Below are positions 1-8,835 of a stretch of DNA of 64,000 nt, in pieces. The stretch lies in the NCBI GenBank assembly GCA_036759025.1, contig DAIOVL010000015.1:3676-67675 (forward strand), written 5' to 3'. Each line of letters begins with the position of its first letter. Position 1 is the first letter of the stretch. The translations under genes and the position numbers were made by a program. This stretch comes from Bacteroidales bacterium. Its GTDB lineage: Bacteria > Bacteroidota > Bacteroidia > Bacteroidales > VadinHA17. Below the pieces are notes generated by a model. It had not been told where the DNA came from, searched no databases, and saw only the letters and a program-made list of their open reading frames with translations.

Positions 1-235
1 CGAGCATTACTTTGAAACCGAGCTTCTCCTTACGGATAACTTCCAGGATAGTTTCTGCATGGCTGTTGCAGTCGTACAGCCTGAGATATTGCCATCTCCC
101 TTTCAGGATCATAAGATCCTCCTTCACCTGCTCATATGAAGGATGAATATCTGCTTCAGGGCTCTGCCCCTCGCGGTAACCCGAATAACATATTGCATTA
201 CCCCAAATAATACCATGATCGGAATACCTGCTCAT
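1..235 (-). CDS. GH17-like glycoside hydrolase, N-terminal fragment (CDS continues past the window start)
   Basis: Absent from the ORF track because it is truncated. Hand translation of the reverse strand from ATG at 235..233 stays open to base 1: MSRYSDHGIIWGNAICYSGYREGQSPEADIHPSYEQVKEDLMILKGRWQYLRLYDCNSHAETILEVIRKEKLGFKVML. This parallels the N-terminal region of the adjacent GH17 ORF (GLCFSSYLKGQAPG...IRTFSC). It starts 18 nt after that gene's stop. The N-terminus is hydrophilic, with no signal peptide. Confidence 0.6.
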   Translation of the reverse strand, partial: MSRYSDHGIIWGNAICYSGYREGQSPEADIHPSYEQVKEDLMILKGRWQYLRLYDCNSHAETILEVIRKEKLGFKVML

Positions 236-253
236 AGATCAAAAATGTATAGG

Positions 254-1138
254 TCAGTATTTCAGTTCTCCCTCTTCATTCCAAAGGCCCCAGTAGGCTC
301 CCACATCACCCTCAGACCCTATCTTCCAGCTTTCATCAAAGCTTGAGAAATACATAAGCTCAATCTTATCTTCGAAACTCCATTGCTGTACATTTATAAA
401 ATATCTGAGGGCATTCTCCACTGATGGTTCGGATGCTTCGAATGCAGTACCCCTGTCAGGCCATCCTGTTTCGCTTATAACTATCCTCTTACCTTTTGCA
501 GCCTTCATGACGCTGTAATACATATTTTTGATGTAGATAAGAGAATAATCGATATGGCAGCCTTCCCAGAAAGGATAGCAATTGGTAAATATTACGTCGC
601 AGGCATCGGTTATTGCCGGCCTGTTAATAAACTCGTAATATGCATCAACATATCCTACCTGTGCATCAGGCAGAAGTCTCTTTACCCTGATAATATACTC
701 CAGCAGTTCCTGCTCGGTCAGTTCATCACGGTAAAGCACTTCGTTACCTACAGCAACCAGATCGGCGTTACCTGCCCTGACAACCCTGACAAGATTTTCA
801 ATTTCAAGTTCATTCTTCTCCCTGTCATCGCCAAGCCATGCTCCTGCCATCACCTTAAGGCCATTTTTCCTTGCGACAGCAGGGATGAGTTCACCACCGT
901 CGGTACAGGAGAATGTCCTGATCCATCCGGTATATGGTTTTATGATCTCAATCCTTGATCTGATCTGCCCTTCAGATATTATGCTTCCGGGGGCCTGTCC
1001 TTTAAGATATGAACTGAAGCACAGACCATGTATACCATTCTCAAGGTATTTCCTGAAAAGTGCTTTCAGATCATCGGTTGATTTGCCGCTCAGATCCTCT
1101 CCAAGCAGAGATAAAAGTTTATCGCTTCTGAATGACAT
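254..1138 (-). CDS. Glycoside hydrolase family 17 (beta-1,3-glucanase / glucanosyltransferase type), apparently cytoplasmic
   Basis: 294-aa ORF. Clan GH-A motifs VAVGNEVLYR (acid/base Glu) and IVISETGWPDRG (GH17-type nucleophile SETGWP). The N-terminus MSFRSDKLLSLLGEDLSGK has no hydrophobic signal segment. Confidence 0.8.
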   Translation of the reverse strand: MSFRSDKLLSLLGEDLSGKSTDDLKALFRKYLENGIHGLCFSSYLKGQAPGSIISEGQIRSRIEIIKPYTGWIRTFSCTDGGELIPAVARKNGLKVMAGAWLGDDREKNELEIENLVRVVRAGNADLVAVGNEVLYRDELTEQELLEYIIRVKRLLPDAQVGYVDAYYEFINRPAITDACDVIFTNCYPFWEGCHIDYSLIYIKNMYYSVMKAAKGKRIVISETGWPDRGTAFEASEPSVENALRYFINVQQWSFEDKIELMYFSSFDESWKIGSEGDVGAYWGLWNEEGELKY

Positions 1139-1146
1139 ATTACTTA

Positions 1147-4100
1147 TTATTTATTGTGTTGAATACCGGTGAAAAATTCTATTTTGACAATTTCGCATGT
1201 TCTCCCAAAGATCTTTTTACATGTTTCGCCGTCAAGGACAAAACCTTTTATCGTTGTTTCCCTGCTGTTATTATAAAATATTTTCATTTGTTGTTCATTT
1301 CCTGATCTGACAATTACCGGAACCTGGCAAATCGTAAAAGCCAGCTGACCGGCCTGAAGTTTAATGGTGAATTCTTTGCCTTCCGTATCATAATACCTGA
1401 AGATTTCCTCTTCTTTCAGAAATTCATCGGGCTTCAACATTGAAGCTGAGAATGCAATGGTTCCGTTTCTTATAATCACACCCAGCTCTCCGAACCTGGA
1501 TATTATATCTTCCTTGACCTGACCTGTAAGACCCGGTTGCCTTGCTCCCTCCCCTGCGGGGGTATGCGAATAGGCGTCTATCGGAATTGCTCCGTGTACA
1601 GCAGGTGATTTATGTATTCCCAATCCCTCTTTTACAGAATAATAATGATCCAGTAATTCCGACAGTATAGTTTTATCTGCATTTTCCTTATCTGCTGTCT
1701 GAAAAGTTTCACAGACAGCCAGTAAAAGCTTGGAGACCATATGCCAGTAAATGCTTCCTATTCCTTCATAGCCATAGAAGGTACCTGACCTGCCTGTAAA
1801 GGACTGATGATCAAATACCGTTTCATATAAATTTAAGATATACTCCTTCTGGTCCTCTGAAATACGTCCATATTTTTTTTCATCGAGGCTTTCGAGGGCA
1901 TGAGACAATAGGGAGGAATTCCTGAACTCTCCGCTAAAATGAAAATCCCCGTTTGAATCTTCAGACACAATCGAGAAATCTTTCTCTGCTATCATCTTCC
2001 TGAGCACTGCGGACCCTGATATCTGCGGGCGGGTGAGGTTATTTTTTTCCGTGAACCGGGGAAGCTGCCTCATGGGATAAAGCATATAACTCTGCTGATC
2101 ATACCTGTACAGTTTGGATGATCGCAGTGAATCAAGCAATCGGAGGCTCGCCTGAGAATCCAGGATACCTGAACTCAACAATGCAACCTGGCCTTCAAGC
2201 ATGAGGTACAGCCGTCGTATTTTTATACTGTTCTCTTTGAATGATATCAGGTTATACGAATGGAAGAGCCCGTCATCCCTCCTGTTCTGCTCTATTGTAC
2301 TGTCGGCGTATAAAAGGGCCAGCTTCATAAAATCAACGATATGCCCTCTGCTTACACCAGATTTCATACCCGAAAATGAATGTGAATAGATCTTTTGTCT
2401 GTATTCATCGCCTGCCTTACCTAATCGCAATGTAAAATCATGGCGCTCACAATCCGTTAAACCTGTTTCCAGAAGATTATTATTTTCCCTGAAGATAAAA
2501 AACACTGTCTCAAAGAGCTTTACGATTTCATCTGATATTTTATATTCTTTAACATCACTTTTTTCGAGCAATTTTATCCAGAATAGGAGTGAACGACGAA
2601 GATAACAAAGTGTTACAACCGAAACTCCGTTTCCGACCAGGGCATTGTTGGCGTCATTCCATTCAGGTCGCTGGGTATTAAGCCATATACCGGCTCCGGG
2701 TATAAAATTTACAAGCTTGGCCAGAAGAGAACACAATATCTTTTCCAGAAGATTTGCCCTGCAGATGTTTCCGCCGGGACCTCTCAGCAGACTTGCATCA
2801 GAGCCGAGACTCCGGGAAAGGAATTCAATTTTTGAGTCAAGCTCACGGTCAAAAGTGATGGTGTCCCCCGGATTACTGACCACCTCACTGAATGACCTGA
2901 TCCTGTATGGAACGTTGGCATAAACAAAGATTTCTCTTTCAAGCAACTGCTCCAGCTTACCGGGGTTATAACTGCATGACTGTTCCAAAAATTTCTGAAG
3001 GTAAATGACCTGATGATCGCCCCAGTATCCAATGTAGGCCCACGGATCGTCATGATGAGGCCGTTCCCAGTCGATACCTTCGCGGGTAATTCTGTACGGA
3101 TTATAACCATCAGCTGTAGAGGCATTAACAAACCTTGTAATAACCGACTCTACATATTGGGGGTACGAAATACACAGGGCTTCCCAGTTCTGAAAAATAT
3201 CACGCCAGTTACCCTGGTAGCTCAGTTTCCTCGTACCATCCTTTTTACGGTGGTCGATCGAAAAACGGTTCCATGGACGGCTCGGGTCACCGTGACGACG
3301 GCTGAAAGCCAGAGGCAGATATTCACGTCCGATTCGTTCAAGATCCGGATCTTCCGTCTCAGTGAGCTTTGCGATGAGCCGGTCGTGCAGGACAGAGTCA
3401 GGAAGATCTGCAAGATACTGTGAGAATTTCTCACCTGTGTGTTTATTGCACTGCTGAACGAAAAGCCTGAAATCACCGGCGCTTATTATGTAATTGTTAT
3501 CAAATACTCCTCCCCTCATCACATTATAAAGAGTATTTGTGAAGTGACGGGCATCATTAAGTTTGTCATTGCTTAACTGGAGGCCGTCGGCTGAAGCCAC
3601 TATCCTGACCAGATTCAGCGTTCCTGCATTAATATCTTCTTCCAGTTCTCTGACACCAAGGCTGCTTTTTTTCAGCAGGAGATCCAGGTCGATCACTCCG
3701 GTTGAGTCTTTATTAACATCAGCAACAAAATACCACCGCAATGGTTGGGATTTGTCAAGATCATACTCATTGACTGCAAAGTATCCACCTCTTGCCGCAA
3801 AGATGTCTGTTTCGGAATTGATGTTTGCTCCCCGTCTGAAATTTTCAATCTGTTTGTCAGAAATCAGATAATCAGAGTTTTGAGGAATACCTGCAGACCA
3901 GACTACGGTAGCTTTCAGCGCTTCGCTGGGTTCGGCTTTATCAACCGGTATCGAACTGAGAGTGAGCAGGGCGAGTTTGCTTTCACTCAGTAATTCATTC
4001 TTTCTGTATGCTATTAACAGGTTGCTGTACTCATTCTGAAATGCATAATCGACGCCATAGGGAAGAATATTGCTTATTCCATCGAGGATCTTAATTTTAA

Positions 4101-4617
4101 TACCTGTCGGGCTGCCTGTTTCCAGTTCTGATTTTTTTATCCATCCATATTTTTCGCTGCTATACCATCCATATCGAAAAGTGACATCAAGGTCCCTGTT
4201 AATTTCTTCAAAAATGATCTTGTTACCAAAGATATTCCTGTAGAGGTTTCGCTCCAGGTTATAGATCTTATCCTGGTCATATGCAAATGGTTCCCACAGA
4301 AAGATTTTATTTTTCTTATGCACGAGACATGATGTTTTGCTTCCCGTCTTATCTTTCGAGTCATGGATCTTATCTTCGGTATAATATGGGAAAAGTGCAT
4401 TATCCCGGTCTTTCCTTCCTGCCGTGAGGGAGCCGTTTGATGAAATGTACATCCAAAGGTCAGAATCGCTTACCACAGCAATGAAAAAATCGGGTATCTG
4501 ATCGTAATTGGCTATCTTATAATACCTTTCATTATCCAATGTCACGATTTCCCCGGTCACATCTTTGACTTTTGTGTGGAGTTTCGTATTTGCCTGCCAG
4601 ATGTTTTTCATCTCCAT
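1147..4617 (-). CDS. Large cytoplasmic glycan phosphorylase-like protein (GH94-clan; best guess beta-1,3-glucan/oligoglucan phosphorylase of GH149/GH161 type)
   Basis: Uninterrupted 1156-aa ORF with no signal peptide, sitting between the importer/GH30 genes and the GH17 genes. The segment NTQRPEWNDANNALVG resembles the catalytic-Asp (D/E)WND region of GH94-type phosphorylases. Size fits GH149/GH161 enzymes. The family call is from memory and was not searched. Confidence 0.5.
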   Translation of the reverse strand: MEMKNIWQANTKLHTKVKDVTGEIVTLDNERYYKIANYDQIPDFFIAVVSDSDLWMYISSNGSLTAGRKDRDNALFPYYTEDKIHDSKDKTGSKTSCLVHKKNKIFLWEPFAYDQDKIYNLERNLYRNIFGNKIIFEEINRDLDVTFRYGWYSSEKYGWIKKSELETGSPTGIKIKILDGISNILPYGVDYAFQNEYSNLLIAYRKNELLSESKLALLTLSSIPVDKAEPSEALKATVVWSAGIPQNSDYLISDKQIENFRRGANINSETDIFAARGGYFAVNEYDLDKSQPLRWYFVADVNKDSTGVIDLDLLLKKSSLGVRELEEDINAGTLNLVRIVASADGLQLSNDKLNDARHFTNTLYNVMRGGVFDNNYIISAGDFRLFVQQCNKHTGEKFSQYLADLPDSVLHDRLIAKLTETEDPDLERIGREYLPLAFSRRHGDPSRPWNRFSIDHRKKDGTRKLSYQGNWRDIFQNWEALCISYPQYVESVITRFVNASTADGYNPYRITREGIDWERPHHDDPWAYIGYWGDHQVIYLQKFLEQSCSYNPGKLEQLLEREIFVYANVPYRIRSFSEVVSNPGDTITFDRELDSKIEFLSRSLGSDASLLRGPGGNICRANLLEKILCSLLAKLVNFIPGAGIWLNTQRPEWNDANNALVGNGVSVVTLCYLRRSLLFWIKLLEKSDVKEYKISDEIVKLFETVFFIFRENNNLLETGLTDCERHDFTLRLGKAGDEYRQKIYSHSFSGMKSGVSRGHIVDFMKLALLYADSTIEQNRRDDGLFHSYNLISFKENSIKIRRLYLMLEGQVALLSSGILDSQASLRLLDSLRSSKLYRYDQQSYMLYPMRQLPRFTEKNNLTRPQISGSAVLRKMIAEKDFSIVSEDSNGDFHFSGEFRNSSLLSHALESLDEKKYGRISEDQKEYILNLYETVFDHQSFTGRSGTFYGYEGIGSIYWHMVSKLLLAVCETFQTADKENADKTILSELLDHYYSVKEGLGIHKSPAVHGAIPIDAYSHTPAGEGARQPGLTGQVKEDIISRFGELGVIIRNGTIAFSASMLKPDEFLKEEEIFRYYDTEGKEFTIKLQAGQLAFTICQVPVIVRSGNEQQMKIFYNNSRETTIKGFVLDGETCKKIFGRTCEIVKIEFFTGIQHNK

Positions 4618-4653
4618 ATACTTCTAAAAATCGACGTGTGCTGTGCCATCCAG

Positions 4654-6330
4654 CTATAACTGAACCTGAACTGTCTTCAGTGAATTCCCCCCGGAGATAA
4701 TTTCTGCAAACTGCTTTTTTATCTGCATGCAAAGCTTTATATCTTCTTTGGTTGTATTAAGAATCTGGACAGTTAAAAGATTGCTTTCATTCAGTGTTGC
4801 GCAGACGTGGAGATCATCCTGATCAAGACCTGGTGAGTCTTTATGAGTATAAACTGCCTTGTCACCGGGTCTTATTGTTTTGCTCAACTGAGCCAATATG
4901 TAATACACCGGGGTGTAGTATATCTCTTTTGTAGCGGTGTTTATCATCACCGGGGCTCCGCAATAGTTACCAGCATGATTTGGACCTCCTTTGTGGTCGA
5001 GCACCGCGTTCCAGTCAATCCAGCCTCTAAGCCAGTTGTCGATGCTTACGATAATATTCCTGGCATAGCGATGGACAGGGGTATAAACCGGATGGTCCTC
5101 CTGTTTTACGCCTTCCCAGGTAGCCGAGTATCCCCAGTCGGTAGCATTAGGGTTCCACCAGAAAGAATCATTCTTAAACCAGTTTTTCTCTGTAAACCTT
5201 TCGGGATCGGTAATTCCTTCCGGTGCAGGCTTGCCAAGATCGTCGATACATCCTTCGGTATGCAGAATAGCGTGACCGGGGAATTTCTCATTAACCCGTT
5301 CGAAAACATCTTCATAAACCCTGAAAGTACTTTCGTACCAGTGCACAGCTATGCCATAAACATACCCCGAAGATTCAGGGTCACCAAGGATGACGTCAGC
5401 CCAGTGTTCCATTCCGTCTCTGTTCTGGTCATAAATAAGAAGCCTGACTTCAGCATTATCACCATTTTTAAGTCCGGGTCCAAGGTGTCTTTTAATAAAA
5501 TCATTCTGGGTCTCAGGAGTAAAATGCATACTTTCCCACTGGCCGTTGTTACCATGAGGTTCATTTACGGGGGTTATCCCCCATATCTCAATCCCCTCTT
5601 CCCTGCAGGCATCAAGATATTTCAGAAGGTACCTGGCATAGGATTCCTCATATTCTTTTTTAAGAATCCCTCCTGTCCCCCGGAAATTGTTCTCCGGAGT
5701 TCCGGGTATATACCATTCTTCAATATCCTTCATCCATGAAGGTGCTGTCCATGCTGAGGCAACTATATTAAGAACTTTGTCCTGCTGCCTTTTTTTTATT
5801 TCCAGCGCTTCTTTGATCATGGGCATAAGGTCGTAACTTTCATCTCTTATTCCCGGATATGATGATGATCTGAAACCTTCAAAATCATGTGCAAGGCTGA
5901 ATGATTCCAGACCGGTATCACCTTCCCTGTCGACATATGAATATTTGCCTTCAACGCAGAAGTCGCAGGCACCGATATGAGTTCTTGCCAGTGAAAAATT
6001 TGCACCATCTTCCCCAAACAGGGAATTCATGACCCCGATCCTTTCTGAGGGTTCAAGGTGAGCCAGCACGAAGGCCGACGCCTCGGTAAATGATGATCCT
6101 ATTCCATCAATGGTCTGTTTTGTCAGCTCCGGTTCTATCACTATAACAGTTCCTTCAGCAATACCTCGTTTAAACCGGACCTTATCCTTTTCAGCAATTT
6201 TGTCGCCATTTTCTGAGGTTACCAGTATCCTCCGGGTAGTCAGTAAGGTGTTATCACCAGTGCATGATTGCATTGTATATGTAATTATCGCGATAAGCAA
6301 AAAGAAGCCGGCTGTTTTTTTCATAGACAA
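4654..6330 (-). CDS. Glycoside hydrolase family 30 (glucosylceramidase-like; probable beta-1,6-glucanase), lipoprotein
   Basis: 558-aa ORF with a lipoprotein-type signal FFLLIAIITYTMQSC. GH30 motifs GIGSSFTEASAFVL, WTAPSWMK, WGITPVNEP (acid/base) and AILHTEGC (nucleophile). Confidence 0.8.
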   Translation of the reverse strand: MSMKKTAGFFLLIAIITYTMQSCTGDNTLLTTRRILVTSENGDKIAEKDKVRFKRGIAEGTVIVIEPELTKQTIDGIGSSFTEASAFVLAHLEPSERIGVMNSLFGEDGANFSLARTHIGACDFCVEGKYSYVDREGDTGLESFSLAHDFEGFRSSSYPGIRDESYDLMPMIKEALEIKKRQQDKVLNIVASAWTAPSWMKDIEEWYIPGTPENNFRGTGGILKKEYEESYARYLLKYLDACREEGIEIWGITPVNEPHGNNGQWESMHFTPETQNDFIKRHLGPGLKNGDNAEVRLLIYDQNRDGMEHWADVILGDPESSGYVYGIAVHWYESTFRVYEDVFERVNEKFPGHAILHTEGCIDDLGKPAPEGITDPERFTEKNWFKNDSFWWNPNATDWGYSATWEGVKQEDHPVYTPVHRYARNIIVSIDNWLRGWIDWNAVLDHKGGPNHAGNYCGAPVMINTATKEIYYTPVYYILAQLSKTIRPGDKAVYTHKDSPGLDQDDLHVCATLNESNLLTVQILNTTKEDIKLCMQIKKQFAEIISGGNSLKTVQVQL

Positions 6331-6382
6331 GCGTGATGATGTATGTTAATATCCGTCGATGCAATGCGGTAGCCGACAGCTT

Positions 6383-7813
6383 TTACAGCTCTCCTCTTCT
6401 GGCTACCAGTTCATCTTTTATTTTCCTTGCTTTCTCTTCTGTAAGATCATATTTCCACATTACCACGATAGCCAGGAAAGCCGTTAGTGCAGGTATGGTA
6501 ATATCCGCAAGACGCAGTCTGGTAATAGTTTCAGTTGCCTGGACTGCTGCATTCTGGTCAAAGCCGACAAGCTTGAGAACGAGGCCGCCCAGTACCAGGG
6601 CAAGAGCCTGTCCGAGTTTCACCATCCACCAGTATATTGCACCGAAAGTCCCTTCCTTCCTGGGCATACCGTTGTTGAGTTCATCGAGGTCGCAGACATC
6701 GGCTGTCATGCTCATCATCAGGGTGAATAATCCTCCGATACCGAATGCCATCAGAGGGATGGGCATAAAGATGAGCCAGGGGTTTCCGGGATTGAAGCCC
6801 CACCATTTGAGGCCGTAGCCAATTATTGATATTACGGTTGAGATGATGAATGCCTGTCGTTTTCCAAATTTGTTTGCCAGTGCGGAGATGACAGGGATAA
6901 CCAGAAAGGCCGTCACTATGGCCGAAACGGTAGAGAACCATGCGGGCCAGTTGCCGGCAATACCGTAGTCGCCTTTGAACATATAGAAAACGATGATGAA
7001 ATAACTGAATGATGCCACCATCTGAAATCCGTTAAATACCAGAAATGTTGCGCCGCAAAGCCTCATGAAGGGCTTGTTCTTTGATACCTGCACAATACCT
7101 TTGAAAAGATCGATAAGGTTTGAAAACAGAGTTTTAAAGTTTATCTCTTTCCTGTTTTCCATTTGAGAGGCATCAATGCCTTTACAGAATATAGCCGGCA
7201 TTATTCCGAGAACGATACAGATACCGCCCACGATCACTGAAAGGTTTCTCACCCCTACTGCCTGAGTCTCAAACAGATTGGGATTGGCAATGAGTACCCA
7301 GAACCAGGGCACTATCATCCATGCTATCTGACCCACGGTCTGCGAGAAGGCCATCAGTCTGGTCCGCTCATTGTAATCACTGGTCATCTCATAACCGAGA
7401 CCTATCAGGGGGGTGGCAAAGATGGTGTTACCAACCAGGTAGATCAGGGAAAAGATCAGGAAATACCAGAAGTTATACATCTGGGAGTTATGCGGATAAA
7501 GTTGCCATAACACAGCGAACAGCACACCGCTCATTATTGCGCCCACGAAAATATATGGTCTTCTGCGGCCAAATTTCGATTTTGTATTATCGGAAATGAA
7601 TCCCATAATGGGATCGGTAATGGCATCGAAGAACCGGGGCAGTCCTCCCAGCAATCCGGCAAGAAAGGGATCCATGCCAAAAGCTGTCAGCAAAAAGAAC
7701 ATGAATATACCCAGTGCTCCGGGAAGGAGGTTGTTAACAAGATGCCCGGCTCCGAAGGCGGCTTTCTGTACAATCGGAACTCTGTCTTTCTCAGCAGTAA
7801 TATAATGACTCAT
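6383..7813 (-). CDS. MFS transporter, glycoside-pentoside-hexuronide (GPH):cation symporter type
   Basis: 476-aa ORF, hydrophobic throughout (about 12 helices). It carries the GPH-type loop SDNTKSKFGRRRPYIFVGA after TM2. Confidence 0.75.
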   Translation of the reverse strand: MSHYITAEKDRVPIVQKAAFGAGHLVNNLLPGALGIFMFFLLTAFGMDPFLAGLLGGLPRFFDAITDPIMGFISDNTKSKFGRRRPYIFVGAIMSGVLFAVLWQLYPHNSQMYNFWYFLIFSLIYLVGNTIFATPLIGLGYEMTSDYNERTRLMAFSQTVGQIAWMIVPWFWVLIANPNLFETQAVGVRNLSVIVGGICIVLGIMPAIFCKGIDASQMENRKEINFKTLFSNLIDLFKGIVQVSKNKPFMRLCGATFLVFNGFQMVASFSYFIIVFYMFKGDYGIAGNWPAWFSTVSAIVTAFLVIPVISALANKFGKRQAFIISTVISIIGYGLKWWGFNPGNPWLIFMPIPLMAFGIGGLFTLMMSMTADVCDLDELNNGMPRKEGTFGAIYWWMVKLGQALALVLGGLVLKLVGFDQNAAVQATETITRLRLADITIPALTAFLAIVVMWKYDLTEEKARKIKDELVARRGEL

Positions 7814-7927
7814 AATACACAGGTTAATGTTTTACTGTCAGACACACATTAGTAGTATACTATCCGACAGCATACTGTTTTACAATATATTAAGAACTTA
7901 TATAGAAATCACCGGTAAAAAAAGGTT

Positions 7928-8734
7928 CTATTCGGCTTCTTCGTAAACCCTTACATAATCTACATACATTGTCTGAGGGAAGGGTGTGTCGGGAGTCGGG
8001 AATCCTACATAAGATCCGCCTACGGCAACATTCAGGATGAGGAAGAAGGGATGATCATATACCCACTCACCGGGAAGGTCATCAGGATTAATTTCCTGGT
8101 AAAGAATATCATCGACATAGTACCGGATGAAATTTTCAGCCCATTCGACAGCGAAAATATGATAATCCACATCAAACCTGTCGTCAATATAACCGTAGCT
8201 TTTAGTAATTGCAGAACCCCCTGAGTAGCCTGGTCCATGAACGCTTCCGTGGATCAGATTTGGCTGCTGGCCTCTGTATTCCATAATATCAATCTCGCCG
8301 CACTCCGGCCAGGGATTTGTTTCGATATCGGCTCCCAGCATCCAGAAAGCAGGCCAGATACCCGGTCCCCACGGAAGCCTGATCCGTGCTTCAAAACGAC
8401 CGAAAGCCTGGTCGAACTTCCCCTGCGTTTTTATCCTTGCAGAAGTATATGATCCGCCGTTATTTATTGCTGTTATCTTAAGAGCACCATTTTCAACAAC
8501 GATATTCTGTGCATCAGAGGTATAGGTCTGCAACTCTGCATTCCCCCAGCCACCGCCGCCGATGTCGTAAACCCATAAGGAATTGTCGGGAGCTCCATCA
8601 GTATTGAACTCATCCTGCCAGACCAGGGTATAGGTACGGTCTTCGAGAGCTGATTCTTCGCCACATGCCGTTATAAGGGCAAATGTACCCAGAAAGAGTA
8701 TGCTTCTGATGAATATTGGCTTTATTGATCTCAT
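7928..8734 (-). CDS. Glycoside hydrolase family 16 laminarinase (endo-beta-1,3-glucanase), lipoprotein
   Basis: 268-aa ORF with signal plus lipobox LGTFALITAC. GH16 catalytic motif GEIDIMEY (ExDxxE) and WPAFWMLG. Confidence 0.9.
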   Translation of the reverse strand: MRSIKPIFIRSILFLGTFALITACGEESALEDRTYTLVWQDEFNTDGAPDNSLWVYDIGGGGWGNAELQTYTSDAQNIVVENGALKITAINNGGSYTSARIKTQGKFDQAFGRFEARIRLPWGPGIWPAFWMLGADIETNPWPECGEIDIMEYRGQQPNLIHGSVHGPGYSGGSAITKSYGYIDDRFDVDYHIFAVEWAENFIRYYVDDILYQEINPDDLPGEWVYDHPFFLILNVAVGGSYVGFPTPDTPFPQTMYVDYVRVYEEAE

Positions 8735-8835
8735 AGTTTATTGTATTAGGTATTAACTAACTCATTTATTGAAAGAACAAAGCAACTGCAGCCTCTTAAA
8801 CATTGCTGTTTGCCGGGGCTGCAGCCACATCATCA

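Noticed and set aside
4843-5739. Long antisense ORFs opposite confident genes: 4843..5739 (298 aa), 22406..23002, 32281..33126 (281 aa), 44929..45639, 50219..50755, 53357..54070 (237 aa), 54643..55308 and 56402..56965.
   Set aside because: Each lies entirely inside a longer ORF on the other strand that has clear family motifs. Their translations are low-complexity or Cys/Arg/Phe-rich with no recognisable motifs, so they are typical shadow ORFs.
8786-8824. The hairpin CTGCAGCC-(23 nt)-GGCTGCAG after the binding-protein gene as an intrinsic terminator.
   Set aside because: The stem is only 8 bp and the loop is a very large 23 nt. The T-rich tract on the minus strand is weak. It might attenuate transcription but cannot be supported as a terminator.
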